A DNA stretch of 64,000 nt from a virus, in IMG/VR virus record IMGVR_UViG_3300033512_000345, positions 1-64,000 of that record; one strand, given 5' to 3'. Of this stretch, positions 17,476-28,191 are shown in pieces. The translations under genes and the position numbers were made by a program. The notes under the pieces are model-generated. The model saw only the letters and a list, made by a program, of their open reading frames with translations, searched no databases and had not been told where the DNA came from. Each line of letters begins with the position of its first letter. Positions within the stretch are counted from its first letter, which is position 1.

Positions 17476-19368
17476 CTATAGGGTTCGTTTATATTGTTTT
17501 GGAATGTCGTTGAGGAATCTGGACTCTGGATTGTTCGATATATTTCCAGCATAGTCCTTGCGTGCTATCGTGTGTGTCAGGAAGAGCTGGCGTTCTGCCC
17601 GAGTCATTCCCACATAGAACAATCGTCTTTCTTCCTCAATGGCATCCTGTGAGTACATGGAGTTGGCATGAGGAATGACGGACTCTTCACATCCAGGCAT
17701 AAAAACATAGGGGAATTCAAGCCCCTTGGCTCCGTGCAGCGTCATGAGATTCACTCGGTCAACAGCGGTCTTGTCCTCTTCATCGGTTGTCGACAAAGCA
17801 ATCTGATCGGCAAAGTCCTGAAGGGTTGCAGCAGGATCGTTCTCCATGAATTCAGCCACGACGTTCTTGAATTCATTTAGGTTCTCCAGACGAACATGGC
17901 TGTCTTCTGTGTCCTCATCGACCAGGTCCCGTTCATATCCGGTCAACAGCAACATGGACTCGACCATGGTCAGGAAATCTTGTCCCTTAGTGGACCAGAG
18001 TTGATACAGATTCATCAAAAGATGTATGCTGTCTCGAACTCGTTGTGTCTTTGGTACATAAGCCTGAAGAGCATTCATGGTAGTGGTTTGGCTTTGAAAG
18101 GCAATGACCATTTCATCAATGGTCTTTTTCCCGATCCCTGGCATCAATCCGAGAATTCGACGAAAAGCCATTTCATCCTTGGGATTCAAGTACAGTCGTA
18201 TGAAGGCCATAACATCCTTGATTTCTTTCCGGTCATAAAAAGCAAGACCTCCGACAACCTTGTAGGGAATCGTAAAGGACAGCAGCTTTTCTTCAATGGG
18301 TCGAGACTGTGCATTTGTCCTGTACAAGACGGCCATCCCCTGAAGAGGAACTCCTCGTCTGCGGAGCATGGCAATTTCCTTGGCAATCCAATAGGCTTCT
18401 TCCTGAGGATTGGCTTCTTCGTGTACCAGGATGGGATCTCCCATTCCCTTGGCAGAGAACATGGTCTTATCAGTCCGGACGGTGTTCTGCTTGATGACAG
18501 CATTGCTTGCGTCCACGATGGTCTTGGTCGATCGATAGTTCTGTTCCAGTCGGATCACAAGGGCATTAGCATAGAGGTTCTGGAACTCCATGATGTACTT
18601 GGGATTTGCTGAACGAAAGGAATAGATGCTCTGCCAGTCGTCTCCGACCAGGAACAGATTATTGTTGCCGACAATCAGCTTGATGAGTTCAAACTGAGCC
18701 GGATTTGTGTCCTGAGATTCATCAACCATCAGATAACTGATGTTCTGATGAAACCAGTCCCGGACTTGCTGATCCCTCTGAAGCAACACGACGGTATAGA
18801 CCAGCAAGTCATCAAAGTCCAGACACTTCTTGCTCCAGCAAAGATTCTGATAAGCCTTGTAGATCCTGGCATGATTCGTCATATGAGCGTCTGAAGCTCT
18901 GTTGAGCATCTCAGCAGGAGACATCAGGTTGCTCTTGGCTTTGCCTATGCGATCAGCCACCTGTGCCACAGTCTTCTTCTCCACCGGTTCGTTGCAATCC
19001 TTGAAGGCCTGCCTCAAGAGACTGCGAGCATCAGCTTTGTCCATGATCGTGAATTTGTTCAGATTCAGGGATTTCCCGAACCTGTGCAGAATCTTGACAC
19101 AAATGGAATGGAACGTGCCCATCCACATCTTGTCGACCTGAGGTGCGATCTTGCGGAGCCGAGCTTTCATTTCGCCGGCAGCCTTGTTTGTGAACGTGAC
19201 AGCCATGATGGACTCCGGAGGAACTTGCATGTCATCCATCAGATAGGCACAGCGAAAAGTCAGAGTCTTGGTCTTCCCAGAACCCGCCCCGGCAAGGACG
19301 ACGGTGTTCTGATTGACAGAGTCGAGCACCGCCCGCTGTTGTTGGGCGTTCAGTTCTGAAATGTCCAT
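17476..19368 (-). CDS. uvrD: UvrD/PcrA/Rep-family superfamily-1 helicase
   Basis: LAGAGSGKTKTLT (Walker A), VTFTNKAAGEM, LMVDESQDTN, and C-terminal MTLHGAKGLEF and YVGMTRA. Confidence 0.92.
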   Translation of the reverse strand: MDISELNAQQQRAVLDSVNQNTVVLAGAGSGKTKTLTFRCAYLMDDMQVPPESIMAVTFTNKAAGEMKARLRKIAPQVDKMWMGTFHSICVKILHRFGKSLNLNKFTIMDKADARSLLRQAFKDCNEPVEKKTVAQVADRIGKAKSNLMSPAEMLNRASDAHMTNHARIYKAYQNLCWSKKCLDFDDLLVYTVVLLQRDQQVRDWFHQNISYLMVDESQDTNPAQFELIKLIVGNNNLFLVGDDWQSIYSFRSANPKYIMEFQNLYANALVIRLEQNYRSTKTIVDASNAVIKQNTVRTDKTMFSAKGMGDPILVHEEANPQEEAYWIAKEIAMLRRRGVPLQGMAVLYRTNAQSRPIEEKLLSFTIPYKVVGGLAFYDRKEIKDVMAFIRLYLNPKDEMAFRRILGLMPGIGKKTIDEMVIAFQSQTTTMNALQAYVPKTQRVRDSIHLLMNLYQLWSTKGQDFLTMVESMLLLTGYERDLVDEDTEDSHVRLENLNEFKNVVAEFMENDPAATLQDFADQIALSTTDEEDKTAVDRVNLMTLHGAKGLEFPYVFMPGCEESVIPHANSMYSQDAIEEERRLFYVGMTRAERQLFLTHTIARKDYAGNISNNPESRFLNDIPKQYKRTL

Positions 19369-19377
19369 GGCGTCCTC

Positions 19378-19614
19378 CTATTGATTGTCCAGGCCGCATT
19401 TATTGGTGTCCTCGTGATACAAGCGGCAAAGGTTCCTGAGATAGGGCATGAAGTATTCCCGAGTCTGGTTCTTGCCACGGCCAATGTCCTCCAGGACGAA
19501 CTTTCGCATGGGACACAAGGCCTCTTCGGCATCGATCTTGAAGTCGTCATTGATCTCGAATCCTTGATCGAAATCAGTTTGTAGTTTCACTAATGTCTTG
19601 GCTATCTTCGTCAT
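19378..19614 (-). CDS. hypothetical protein
   Basis: ORF in the track. The start is uncertain and it overlaps the end of the upstream ORF. Confidence 0.5.
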   Translation of the reverse strand: MTKIAKTLVKLQTDFDQGFEINDDFKIDAEEALCPMRKFVLEDIGRGKNQTREYFMPYLRNLCRLYHEDTNKCGLDNQ

Positions 19615-19858
19615 CCTCATCGGTGTTTTCAAGATATTCCTGTTCGGAAATCATCTCCAGCATGTCCGACCCGAAGGTCAACTTCATGCCGACAGATGCT
19701 TCAACAAATCTATGGACGTCCTCCGGGGTAACCTTGTGCTGCATGTCGGGAATCTCTGGAGATCCATTGAACTTCAGACAAAGGTACGCTTCAGCAGGAG
19801 TCCCGTCTTCTTCGTGGGCGAAGTTCGCCTCAGCCTTGATTTTGCAGTAAATGTTCAT
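19574..19858 (-). CDS. hypothetical acidic protein
   Basis: Start trimmed to ATG at 19858 (MNIYCKIKAE). Ends in DEDDEDSQD. Confidence 0.5.
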   Translation of the reverse strand: MNIYCKIKAEANFAHEEDGTPAEAYLCLKFNGSPEIPDMQHKVTPEDVHRFVEASVGMKLTFGSDMLEMISEQEYLENTDEDDEDSQDISETTN

Positions 19859-20447
19859 GTCTGATCCTTTCTGGGTCAAAGTGAAGAAGAATGTCCATCG
19901 GGTGCCCGATAGGGCACAAACGATCAAAAGCAATGAAACAGGTCTTATGAGGATTGGCCGCCAAACCCGGATGAATCTTGTATTCAGCAGAGCAAGCCGT
20001 CGGGTCCCGTAAGAGAGACAAGGATGCCACTCCCATCAGAATCAAACGTTGAGGCTCCATCTTGACGACAATGACCTCCGGACGTAAAGGTCGTGTGTGA
20101 ACAACAGGGAACTTCCCGTATTCAACGGTCTTGATTCCCAAGTCCACGCCGACGGAGGCCAAGTCTGCACAGTTGAAGTTTTGAGAATCTCCTATGCGGA
20201 GGTCCACAAAAGGGACCCCCACATAGGATTCTACTGCCATTTCTCCTGAAAGCCCAGTGGCCCAGCGTTTCTGCTCAGCTTGAGCGTCCTTGAGATGATG
20301 CACTTCACGAAGTTTGGCTCTGCCCATATTGGAAGCTACACAGTTGATCTCCTGTAGCTGACTTGGAGTCAAAAGTATCTCAATCCCGTTCTTCAGGTAG
20401 GGTTTGACCAGTTGTTCGTATGCTCTTTGGTACTGAACCTGATCCAT
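19830..20447 (-). CDS. hypothetical protein
   Basis: Start trimmed to ATG at 20447 after AAGGAGG (MDQVQYQRAY). Confidence 0.6.
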   Translation of the reverse strand: MDQVQYQRAYEQLVKPYLKNGIEILLTPSQLQEINCVASNMGRAKLREVHHLKDAQAEQKRWATGLSGEMAVESYVGVPFVDLRIGDSQNFNCADLASVGVDLGIKTVEYGKFPVVHTRPLRPEVIVVKMEPQRLILMGVASLSLLRDPTACSAEYKIHPGLAANPHKTCFIAFDRLCPIGHPMDILLHFDPERIRHEHLLQNQG

Positions 20448-20667
20448 GTGGACCTCCTTGTTTTGAAAGTTTCTTGTAAAGTTGAAGAAACCAGGCCACC
20501 ACAAGATGGACAAGGATCACAACGATATAGTAAATCCCAAGGAGCAAGTACATCCCTACCAGGAAGGCAAGACAGAGGAGAAGGAAAGCCAAGGCTATCC
20601 CGAGAGGAACAGCAATGGCTCCGCCTACGATGATGAGGACCCACTTGAAGATGTTCAGTACAATCAT
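20380..20667 (-). CDS. small multi-pass membrane protein
   Basis: ATG at 20667 after GGAGG. About three hydrophobic helices. The 3' third overlaps the next gene by 68 nt. Confidence 0.5.
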   Translation of the reverse strand: MIVLNIFKWVLIIVGGAIAVPLGIALAFLLLCLAFLVGMYLLLGIYYIVVILVHLVVAWFLQLYKKLSKQGGPHGSGSVPKSIRTTGQTLPEERD

Positions 20668-20669
20668 GC

Positions 20670-21827
20670 TCAAGCCTCCGTTTCTGAAGCCTCTTCTGTC
20701 AGAGCCACTTCCATGTCTGCAGCAATCTGATCAGATTCCGCTTCAATGGCCTTGATTTCATCCTCTGAAAGAGCGATCACAGGAACGGTCGACTTCTCAA
20801 GCAAGTTGATGAAGAAGTCCTTTCCAGACGGAGACGAGTACAGGAAATCCAGGAACTTGACCTTGGAGCCGAACTTCATTTCGACACCATCCACCTTCAA
20901 AGGCTTCTTGTTGGCGTCCTCGTAGTAATACCATGCTCCGGACTTTCGAACGATACCGGCCAACTCCAGGAGATCCGGAAGCTCAATGACCGTATCAATT
21001 CCCTGACCAAAGCGTGCGTAATACTGACAAGTGACATAGGGATTTCCCCTAGCCACCCGGTTCTTGGTGATCTTGATGTTGACCTTGATGCCTTCGTCTT
21101 CTTTGAGAGGCTCTCCAGCCATGATCTTGTACTTGGACATTCGGATGCGTTGGGTTGAATAAAACTGCAACGCTCTCCCTCCGGTGGTTACGTTGGGATC
21201 TCCGTGCATTACGCCTACGTTGGTGCGAAGCTGATTCACGAAGATCATGGCGGTACCGTTCTTGCTGGCTACGCCACAGAGGACTCGCATGAGCTTGGAC
21301 ATGATGCGAGCCTGGAGTGCAACGTTCTGCTTTTCCAGTTCGTCTTCGATTTCCTTGCGGGGAGTCAAGCCGGCCACGGAATTCACGACCATCAGATCCA
21401 AGGCTCCGGAGGAGACCATTGCCCTGACGGCATCCAGTCCTCTTTCGGCTCCTTCAATGGGTTGTTCCGTGTAGACCAAACGATCTACGTCGACCCCGAG
21501 CATCTTGGCGTATTCAAAGTCGAAACTGCCTTCAGCCGTTTCAAACCAGCCGGCCATGAAGTCCGGGTCAAGCCTCTGGTTCATTGCAATGATCTCGAGG
21601 GCAAGAGAAGTCTTTCCACAGGAATTCTCCCCGGCAAGCTCTATGATCTTTCCTTTCGCAATTCCGCCACCAAGAGCAACATTCAAGCTTTGTGAAGGTG
21701 TCTTGATGAACTTAATGGTCAATTGATCCTGCTTTTCCTTGACCGTTCCAATCGTGCCGGCTCCAAACTTCTTATTGATGCCGGACATGACTTCGTTGAG
21801 AGCTTTCTGTTTTTCACTGATTGCCAT
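20670..21827 (-). CDS. recA: RecA recombinase
   Basis: Start trimmed to ATG at 21827 (GAGGAGG RBS). AISEKQKAL...INKKFG, P-loop GENSCGKTS and LMVVNSVAGL. Acidic C-terminal extension. Confidence 0.92.
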   Translation of the reverse strand: MAISEKQKALNEVMSGINKKFGAGTIGTVKEKQDQLTIKFIKTPSQSLNVALGGGIAKGKIIELAGENSCGKTSLALEIIAMNQRLDPDFMAGWFETAEGSFDFEYAKMLGVDVDRLVYTEQPIEGAERGLDAVRAMVSSGALDLMVVNSVAGLTPRKEIEDELEKQNVALQARIMSKLMRVLCGVASKNGTAMIFVNQLRTNVGVMHGDPNVTTGGRALQFYSTQRIRMSKYKIMAGEPLKEDEGIKVNIKITKNRVARGNPYVTCQYYARFGQGIDTVIELPDLLELAGIVRKSGAWYYYEDANKKPLKVDGVEMKFGSKVKFLDFLYSSPSGKDFFINLLEKSTVPVIALSEDEIKAIEAESDQIAADMEVALTEEASETEA

Positions 21828-22938
21828 TAAGGACCTCCTCTTCCGGAGCGAACGAACCGAGGGCCCGCCCAATTTTCATGAACTTGATCTTTTGCTCTCG
21901 AATCTGAGATTCGAGTTCCATAATCTTGTTGTCCTGTCTGCGGAATTTATCTTGGAACTCGGTTACGATTTCAGATCGAACCTGATCCAAGATTTGTGGT
22001 TTAGCTTGTTCCAGCATAAGTGCAATAGCTTGAGCCAAATGATGAACGATTCCCTGTTCAGGAGATAATCCGGAGCGTGGAAGGTCCAGCATTGGAGCTG
22101 TCAGAGAATAATTCGACGGAACAGGGATGGTCTGGCTTCCTGGAACAGGCTGATGAGAAATTGCCAGATCCTTTGAAACAGAATCCTGGGAGTCCTGCTT
22201 CATTGCCTGTTGGAAATCTTGGTCCTTTTTGACAACAGAAGAGCGAATGGCCGCTCTGTCGAGTTCTTCATCGTCTACGTAGTAGGCTTTGAAGTGATTC
22301 TTCGGAACACGAGCAATATCTTCCATACAGAGATCGAAATGGAATTCCGGAATATCCATTCGTTCCGCTGCACTTTGGTCCAAAACAGACCAAATGTCTC
22401 GTAAGTTGTCTTCTAGATAAGGTAAAATAGCTTGTCTGTGATTATTGACAACCTGATGAGGAATGTAGTTCAACGAACCGGCTTTCATGGAACAAAAAAT
22501 TCTTGCAACCATGAGACAAGTTTGTAGGTCGAGAAACATTTGATGACAAGGGGATCCGTCTTTGACGTAGATGCATTGGATTGAGCCTAGTCCAGGGATG
22601 GATTCCATCATTTTTACCGTTGACGAAGCAGTAAACAAAAGCATGGCCATGAAGGAAAATCTTGAAACCAAGACGTTCCCATTTTCATCTCTGTAATACT
22701 CGAGACGGAAAGCTTTCCCATCATTGGTTAAGCCAATTTTGATATATTGTAGACGGTCACGCGTCATGACAAGACGTTCAGGGTTTTTCAACAGAACAGA
22801 ATGACCCTTGTTTTGTCTTTTTTGAGAACTATTCAACGTAGCTTCAGTCCCCAAAAGACCTGGAATTTCAAGTTCAGGGTCAAGTTCTGGAATCATAGGA
22901 GATTCGTACTGAGGATCGATGCCTGATTTTTCTGTCAT
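21814..22938 (-). CDS. hypothetical protein
   Basis: 374 aa. RBS AAAGGAAGTGA. Confidence 0.7.
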   Translation of the reverse strand: MTEKSGIDPQYESPMIPELDPELEIPGLLGTEATLNSSQKRQNKGHSVLLKNPERLVMTRDRLQYIKIGLTNDGKAFRLEYYRDENGNVLVSRFSFMAMLLFTASSTVKMMESIPGLGSIQCIYVKDGSPCHQMFLDLQTCLMVARIFCSMKAGSLNYIPHQVVNNHRQAILPYLEDNLRDIWSVLDQSAAERMDIPEFHFDLCMEDIARVPKNHFKAYYVDDEELDRAAIRSSVVKKDQDFQQAMKQDSQDSVSKDLAISHQPVPGSQTIPVPSNYSLTAPMLDLPRSGLSPEQGIVHHLAQAIALMLEQAKPQILDQVRSEIVTEFQDKFRRQDNKIMELESQIREQKIKFMKIGRALGSFAPEEEVLNGNQ

Positions 22939-22960
22939 TGAATCACTTCCTTTCTTATAT

Positions 22961-23605
22961 TTATTTGCGAGCAGGATTCCGATTGTTTCTGGTCCGACCC
23001 AAGCTGTTGTCGATCATGGTGTCTAGTTTCTGAATTTCCATTGGTTTGTTTTCGAGTCTGTAAGAAACCGAATAAGCCAACTGTCTTCCGAGAGAATTTC
23101 TTTCTCCTACAAGAACATCAAAAGAGCGAAGAGATTCTTCTCTTTGAGACCAGATCCGGGCTCTTCTGGATTTGAGTTGATCGATTTGTCGCTGAAGCTG
23201 TCGCATATTTTCGTCAACGATTGCGAGGTCGCTGTCGATAATTGCAAGTTGCTGGTCTATCGTTTCTCTTTCTAGATCGATAAGACGATCTATCTCTCGA
23301 ATCTTCTGATATAGCTCTCCTGCAACAAGACGATCAATGTCTGCCGTATGATTGTAGTCGGTCGGGAAGACGGTGATCGCCGAGTTTGTGGTCTCGCAGT
23401 AAAGAATGATTCGAAAATCCCTGTACAAGAACTGATACGTGTCTCCATCCTTGATTTCTGTATATACTGGATAGCTTTTGTCAATGATGAAACGTATGTG
23501 TTCTTCGAGCTCTTGAGAAGTTCGTTTCTCTGTTTCCTCAGGGAATCGTTCATACCATCTGGTAATTAAATGTTCCTTGAGGATGATTGGTGTCTTTTCT
23601 TCCAT
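22961..23605 (-). CDS. hypothetical coiled-coil protein
   Basis: 214 aa. RBS TAGGAGG. Confidence 0.7.
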   Translation of the reverse strand: MEEKTPIILKEHLITRWYERFPEETEKRTSQELEEHIRFIIDKSYPVYTEIKDGDTYQFLYRDFRIILYCETTNSAITVFPTDYNHTADIDRLVAGELYQKIREIDRLIDLERETIDQQLAIIDSDLAIVDENMRQLQRQIDQLKSRRARIWSQREESLRSFDVLVGERNSLGRQLAYSVSYRLENKPMEIQKLDTMIDNSLGRTRNNRNPARK

Positions 23606-23614
23606 GAAGGCCTC

Positions 23615-23911
23615 CTACGCTTCGACGATGAGGCCCATAAGTTGATCTAGATTCTTTCGGATCAGAACAAGATCTTCGCGACGGATTTCTCCTGAAAGCA
23701 TGGCATCCACAAGGACTATCATGTTTAGAAGGATCTGTTTTGGAGCGAGGCCGGAATCTGGGAGGGAAAAAATCTTCCCTCCCAGATGAGCGACCACCGT
23801 ATCCAGGATCTCCTGTTTTGGATTCGAGGAACCCGACTCCCGCAGGGCCTGATGGAGATAGATGGTCATTTCCAGCACCGCCTGGGTTGCTGCGTTTACC
23901 TTGGCGTCCAT
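23615..23911 (-). CDS. hypothetical protein
   Basis: 98 aa. RBS AAGGAGG. Confidence 0.65.
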   Translation of the reverse strand: MDAKVNAATQAVLEMTIYLHQALRESGSSNPKQEILDTVVAHLGGKIFSLPDSGLAPKQILLNMIVLVDAMLSGEIRREDLVLIRKNLDQLMGLIVEA

Positions 23912-23938
23912 TGCGGGCCTCCTTACGGCATATTGTTG

Positions 23939-24436
23939 TCAGAAAGGAATGTCGTCCTCGTCGATGTTGTAGAAGCCGTCTCCGGATGCAGCGGTAGGGG
24001 AGTTTTGAGCCGCAGGAGCACTTTGACGGGCTCCGCCGCCCTGGTTTCCACCGGCACTTTGGCCGCCGTTCTGATTGCCAGAACTGTCAGCCGGGACGAA
24101 CCCTACGTTGTTGACAAAGAAGATGCTGCCGTAGGTCGTCTGGTTGGTGTTGGGGTCTGTCTTGGACCATGTCTGGTACTCGGCATCAATGATGATGGGT
24201 TTGCCTTTGGTGAACCATTGGCAGATCATCTTGGCCGTTTCTCCATAGGCCACAAAATTGGGGAACGACGCCGTCTGAATGGACTTGTCGCCAGCCTTTA
24301 CGGCTGCCCTTTGTTCCTTGGAGAGAGACTTGTCAACAGCGAGGTTGAACATGACCTTTGGGTTTTGAGCCTTGTTGTCCAACACCGGATCCTTCACGAA
24401 CCGGCCGATGAACTTGCAGTTGTTCATACTGTTCAT
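23939..24436 (-). CDS. ssb: single-stranded DNA-binding protein
   Basis: OB-fold N-terminus (CKFIGRFVKDPVL), Gly/Gln/Asn-rich linker and canonical tip DEDDIPF. Confidence 0.92.
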   Translation of the reverse strand: MNSMNNCKFIGRFVKDPVLDNKAQNPKVMFNLAVDKSLSKEQRAAVKAGDKSIQTASFPNFVAYGETAKMICQWFTKGKPIIIDAEYQTWSKTDPNTNQTTYGSIFFVNNVGFVPADSSGNQNGGQSAGGNQGGGARQSAPAAQNSPTAASGDGFYNIDEDDIPF

Positions 24437-24462
24437 GGTAATTGACCTCCTTCAGTCATTTA

Positions 24463-24489
24463 TCTGAAACGGTGCGTTCCGTTTTCAGA
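24463..24489 (-). terminator. hairpin between the 24492 gene and ssb
   Basis: UCUGAAAACGG-AACGCA-CCGUUUCAGA on the minus strand, with one bulged A in the 5' arm and a weak U-tract. Confidence 0.35.
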
Positions 24490-24491
24490 AC

Positions 24492-24767
24492 TTAGAAATC
24501 GAGGGGATTTTCCCCTCCGTAGAGCAGGTAGGTAGCAATGGCATCTGCCAAACAGGACGAAGCAAGCCATGCCATTTCATGAGAAACTTTGTGCTTCTCA
24601 ATGACATTGGCCATGTCGTGGAACAGAGCCAACATGAGTTCTTCATTGGCCTTGATCCGGGTTTTGAAGTCTGCTTCGTTCTCTCCGGGCAATGCTGCCA
24701 CCAACTGGGTCTGAAATTTGAGAAGACGTTCCTCGAGAGGAGCCGACTCGAATGGATTGGTTGCCAT
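24492..24767 (-). CDS. hypothetical protein ending in NPLDF
   Basis: Start trimmed to ATG at 24767 (AGGAGAACAA). 91 aa. Confidence 0.6.
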   Translation of the reverse strand: MATNPFESAPLEERLLKFQTQLVAALPGENEADFKTRIKANEELMLALFHDMANVIEKHKVSHEMAWLASSCLADAIATYLLYGGENPLDF

Positions 24768-24781
24768 TTGTTCTCCTGTTC

Positions 24782-27700
24782 TCAAGCCTGAGAGAACAAA
24801 AGATCCAGCGGATTGGCGACGCCAGGCATCATGTCTTCATCCAACTGTTCCGAGTCCCGTACGGGAAGATCAAGAGCAGCAGGAGATGATGATTTGGTTG
24901 AAGCCGATCTGACGATCTTTCGTATTTTCCAGGCAAGAATGTTGTCCCATTGTTTATTGACAGAACCGTCGACGATGACGATGTCGCCTTGGACCAGGTA
25001 GTTTTTGTACTTCTCATAGGTTTTGGTCTGAGCCACCACGTTGAGAAGTTTTCCGCCTTTGACTTCCATCTTCATGCTGGCATATTCATTGCCGGCATTG
25101 TTCTTTTTGACCGTGACAGTCTTGAGAATACCGGCAAGACAAATGTCCTCTCCGTCGTTGGCATCATTCGGATCCGAATAAGGGAACGGATCCAGAGGGT
25201 GCTCTGAGACATAGAGTCCCATCAGGTCAAGTTCGAAAGCCAGCTTGACCTTGCGGACGTATTGTTTCGGGTCGTATGGAGTAAAGTCTTTTTCCTTGCG
25301 GATAGTTCCCAGATAATGATTGAGCATCTTGTACCGGTTCTGTTCGAACTGATCAAAGGCTCCTGCCTGAATCATGGCTGTCTCATTGGATTTGGTCAAT
25401 GGATTGTTCATGAGTTTTCCTGTCTCTGGGTTTATTTCTCTTGGAATAGCATGACAACGATTATAGAAGTCATCAAAGCTAACAAATGGGCGAAGCTTTT
25501 TGATTAGTTCGACCGTTCGTTCTCCTACCCCTTTGACAGCCTGCAATCCGTACCGGATAGCCTTGGTTCCGTCTGGCAGAAGTTCAATGGAGAATGATAC
25601 ATCTGATTTGTTGATGTCCGGAGGTAGGATCTGAATACCCATCTTTTTGGCGTCCGAGATTGTCGCAACAATCTTTTCTGTCTTGTCGTGAATCATCAGA
25701 CAAGCGACCGTCCATTCAACCGGATGATATTTCTTGAGCCAAGCCGTCTTGTATGCAATGGCAGCATAGGCTCCAGAATGGGCTTTATTGAAACAGTACT
25801 TAGCGAAGTCGGCCATGGATGCAAAAATCTTCTTCCCCATGGCCTCGTCGTATCCTCTGGAGATCAGTCCCTTGCAATATTTCGACGGCTTGTCGACCAT
25901 GCAGTGGGAATCCATGTCATACTGTTTCCCATAGAGGAACTCGGCCTCAATGGCGGGTATTTCCTTGATTTTCTTTTTGCCCAATACCTTACGAATCCGC
26001 AAGTCTGCGTTCCCGAGAGAATATCCGGCTAGAATTTGCCCAATGGCCATCAATTGTTCCTGATACCACATACAACCTTTGGTGGGAGCCAAGACATCAT
26101 CGATATCCGGATGAACCATGGTATTGATTCCGGACTTCTTGTTTTCGATGTAGAGATCCACCATTGATTTTCCTGTATCTTTATCCTTGGACAGCGGACC
26201 CGGTCTGTTGCCGGCATTTACGTCAGTGAGTTCGTCAAAGGAACTGACGTCCATGTCTCGAATCATTCGGGTAGCATTGGAAGAGGCCATTTGAAAGACG
26301 TCTGTCGTTAGGCCGTCCCGGAGCATTTTGTAGACTTCCGGGTCGTCAAAGTCTTCCGAGTCAAACCAGGCTTCATCCAGTCCGGTCATGTCCATGGCGT
26401 AGCGAATCTGTGAAAGCGTCGCCAACCCCAGTGCGTCAATCTTCAGTGCGTTGAAGTAATCCAGGTCTTCCATGGATATCTGTACCAATGGAAGAACGGC
26501 GGTGTCGGATCCGAAAGTCAAAGGCAGGTTTTGAGACAAGGGCTTTCCGGAAACAACAACCCCGCCCGCATGAATGCCTGTGGCAGACACACAGCCGGCC
26601 AGATGTGTCACGACGTCAAAGACCATGGGATACTTCCGGAAGGTCTCCTCAAGAAGAGCGGCAGCCCGTTGTGCTGTGTTTACGTCCCGCACGCCTATCT
26701 TGGCAATGAATTCTTCCGGATTATTGACGATCTCCATGATGTAATCATAGGAGGCCTCTTTTCCGTCAAAGACATCAGGTAAGGCCCGGGTAATGTCGTT
26801 GGCTTCATTGAAGTCCAAACCAAGTACCCGCATCGCTCCCTTGATAAGAGATTTTAGCTTAAGCTTGGTAAATGTGACAATTTGGGCGACGTATTCGGAT
26901 CCGTACTTTGTTAGCAGATATCCGATAGCTCGCGGGCGATCGAGTTTGGAAATGTCCGTATCAACGTCCGGGAATTCGATTCGTTCCGGATTCAAGAAAC
27001 GCTCAAAGAAATATCCGTTCTTGACGGGATCGATCGTAGTGATCTTGAGAACATAGGAGACCAGAGAGCCAGCAGCGGAACCTCTTCCTTTGCCAATCAG
27101 AATGCCATTCTTACGGCACCATTCAAACCAATCCCAAAGGATGAGGAAATATCCAGCAAACCCCATGGAACAGATAATCTCCATCTCATAGTTCAATCGT
27201 TTCATTCGTGGAAGGATATCGTTCCATTGTTTATCCTTAGCCATGACCAGAAACGCGTCCATGGAAAGCTTGTGCAGATATGTGTTCTCTGTATAGCCTG
27301 GAGGGCACGGAAATAATGGCATTAGACCTCTGGAATCCGTTGGTTTAGGGGAAACCTGAATGGAGTCTGCAATTTTTCCTGTATTTGTGATAGCAGAGGT
27401 CGGAATCCCGTATTGGGCACAGTACAACTTCATTTCATCTTCTGTTCGAAAATGGGCGTCTACGTTGAATGGATTGCGGTAACCCATTTGGATGAGAATG
27501 TCGTGATAGGCCTTGTCGGAGTGTTCAAGATAATGAAAGTCCGACGTGATGACCAATGGAATGCCGGTTTCCTGATGAATCCGAACAAGAGCCTCATTGA
27601 CAACAAGTTGTTCCGGAATGGTATGAGGTTGAACCTCCAGATAGAATTCCTCAAAGGCATGGGCATAAAGCTGAGCCTTAGCTTTTGCATCGTTATAGCG

Positions 27701-28171
27701 TCCCTCTTGAATCAGCTTCGGGATGATTCCCCCGATGCAGGCAGAAAGAACGGTCAAGCCCTTGGCGTGCTTAAACAGCATGGCTTCTTCAGTTCGAGGA
27801 TAGTCTTTGGTCTTGCCGGATATTTTGTTGAAACCTGCATCAGATGCGAGCTGATACAGATTGACCAGTCCTTCATTGGTTCTAGCCAGAACAACAATAT
27901 GGTATCGCCCAGTCGGATCTGTAGATCGGTCTTCGGTTGAATAAAATTCACAACCTAGAATCGGCTTCACTGGATTGGTTGAATGTTCCTTGTTCCATTC
28001 ATCGGAAGCTCTTAGGAACTTGACCATGGAATACATGTTTCCATGTTCCGTTACGGCAACCGCTTTCATACCAAGAGAGCCGGCCTTTTTGATGACGTCT
28101 TCAACTGGAACCATGGAGTCATTTCCGCTGTAAACGGTATGACCGTGGAGATGAACAAACTCACTACTCAT
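24782..28171 (-). CDS. dnaE: DNA polymerase III alpha subunit (DnaE type)
   Basis: 1129 aa. PHP domain start HLHGHTVYS, polymerase core and OB domain. C-terminus is NPLDLLFSQA. Confidence 0.95.
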   Translation of the reverse strand: MSSEFVHLHGHTVYSGNDSMVPVEDVIKKAGSLGMKAVAVTEHGNMYSMVKFLRASDEWNKEHSTNPVKPILGCEFYSTEDRSTDPTGRYHIVVLARTNEGLVNLYQLASDAGFNKISGKTKDYPRTEEAMLFKHAKGLTVLSACIGGIIPKLIQEGRYNDAKAKAQLYAHAFEEFYLEVQPHTIPEQLVVNEALVRIHQETGIPLVITSDFHYLEHSDKAYHDILIQMGYRNPFNVDAHFRTEDEMKLYCAQYGIPTSAITNTGKIADSIQVSPKPTDSRGLMPLFPCPPGYTENTYLHKLSMDAFLVMAKDKQWNDILPRMKRLNYEMEIICSMGFAGYFLILWDWFEWCRKNGILIGKGRGSAAGSLVSYVLKITTIDPVKNGYFFERFLNPERIEFPDVDTDISKLDRPRAIGYLLTKYGSEYVAQIVTFTKLKLKSLIKGAMRVLGLDFNEANDITRALPDVFDGKEASYDYIMEIVNNPEEFIAKIGVRDVNTAQRAAALLEETFRKYPMVFDVVTHLAGCVSATGIHAGGVVVSGKPLSQNLPLTFGSDTAVLPLVQISMEDLDYFNALKIDALGLATLSQIRYAMDMTGLDEAWFDSEDFDDPEVYKMLRDGLTTDVFQMASSNATRMIRDMDVSSFDELTDVNAGNRPGPLSKDKDTGKSMVDLYIENKKSGINTMVHPDIDDVLAPTKGCMWYQEQLMAIGQILAGYSLGNADLRIRKVLGKKKIKEIPAIEAEFLYGKQYDMDSHCMVDKPSKYCKGLISRGYDEAMGKKIFASMADFAKYCFNKAHSGAYAAIAYKTAWLKKYHPVEWTVACLMIHDKTEKIVATISDAKKMGIQILPPDINKSDVSFSIELLPDGTKAIRYGLQAVKGVGERTVELIKKLRPFVSFDDFYNRCHAIPREINPETGKLMNNPLTKSNETAMIQAGAFDQFEQNRYKMLNHYLGTIRKEKDFTPYDPKQYVRKVKLAFELDLMGLYVSEHPLDPFPYSDPNDANDGEDICLAGILKTVTVKKNNAGNEYASMKMEVKGGKLLNVVAQTKTYEKYKNYLVQGDIVIVDGSVNKQWDNILAWKIRKIVRSASTKSSSPAALDLPVRDSEQLDEDMMPGVANPLDLLFSQA

Positions 28172-28191
28172 TAGATCCCTCCCGTCCGTCT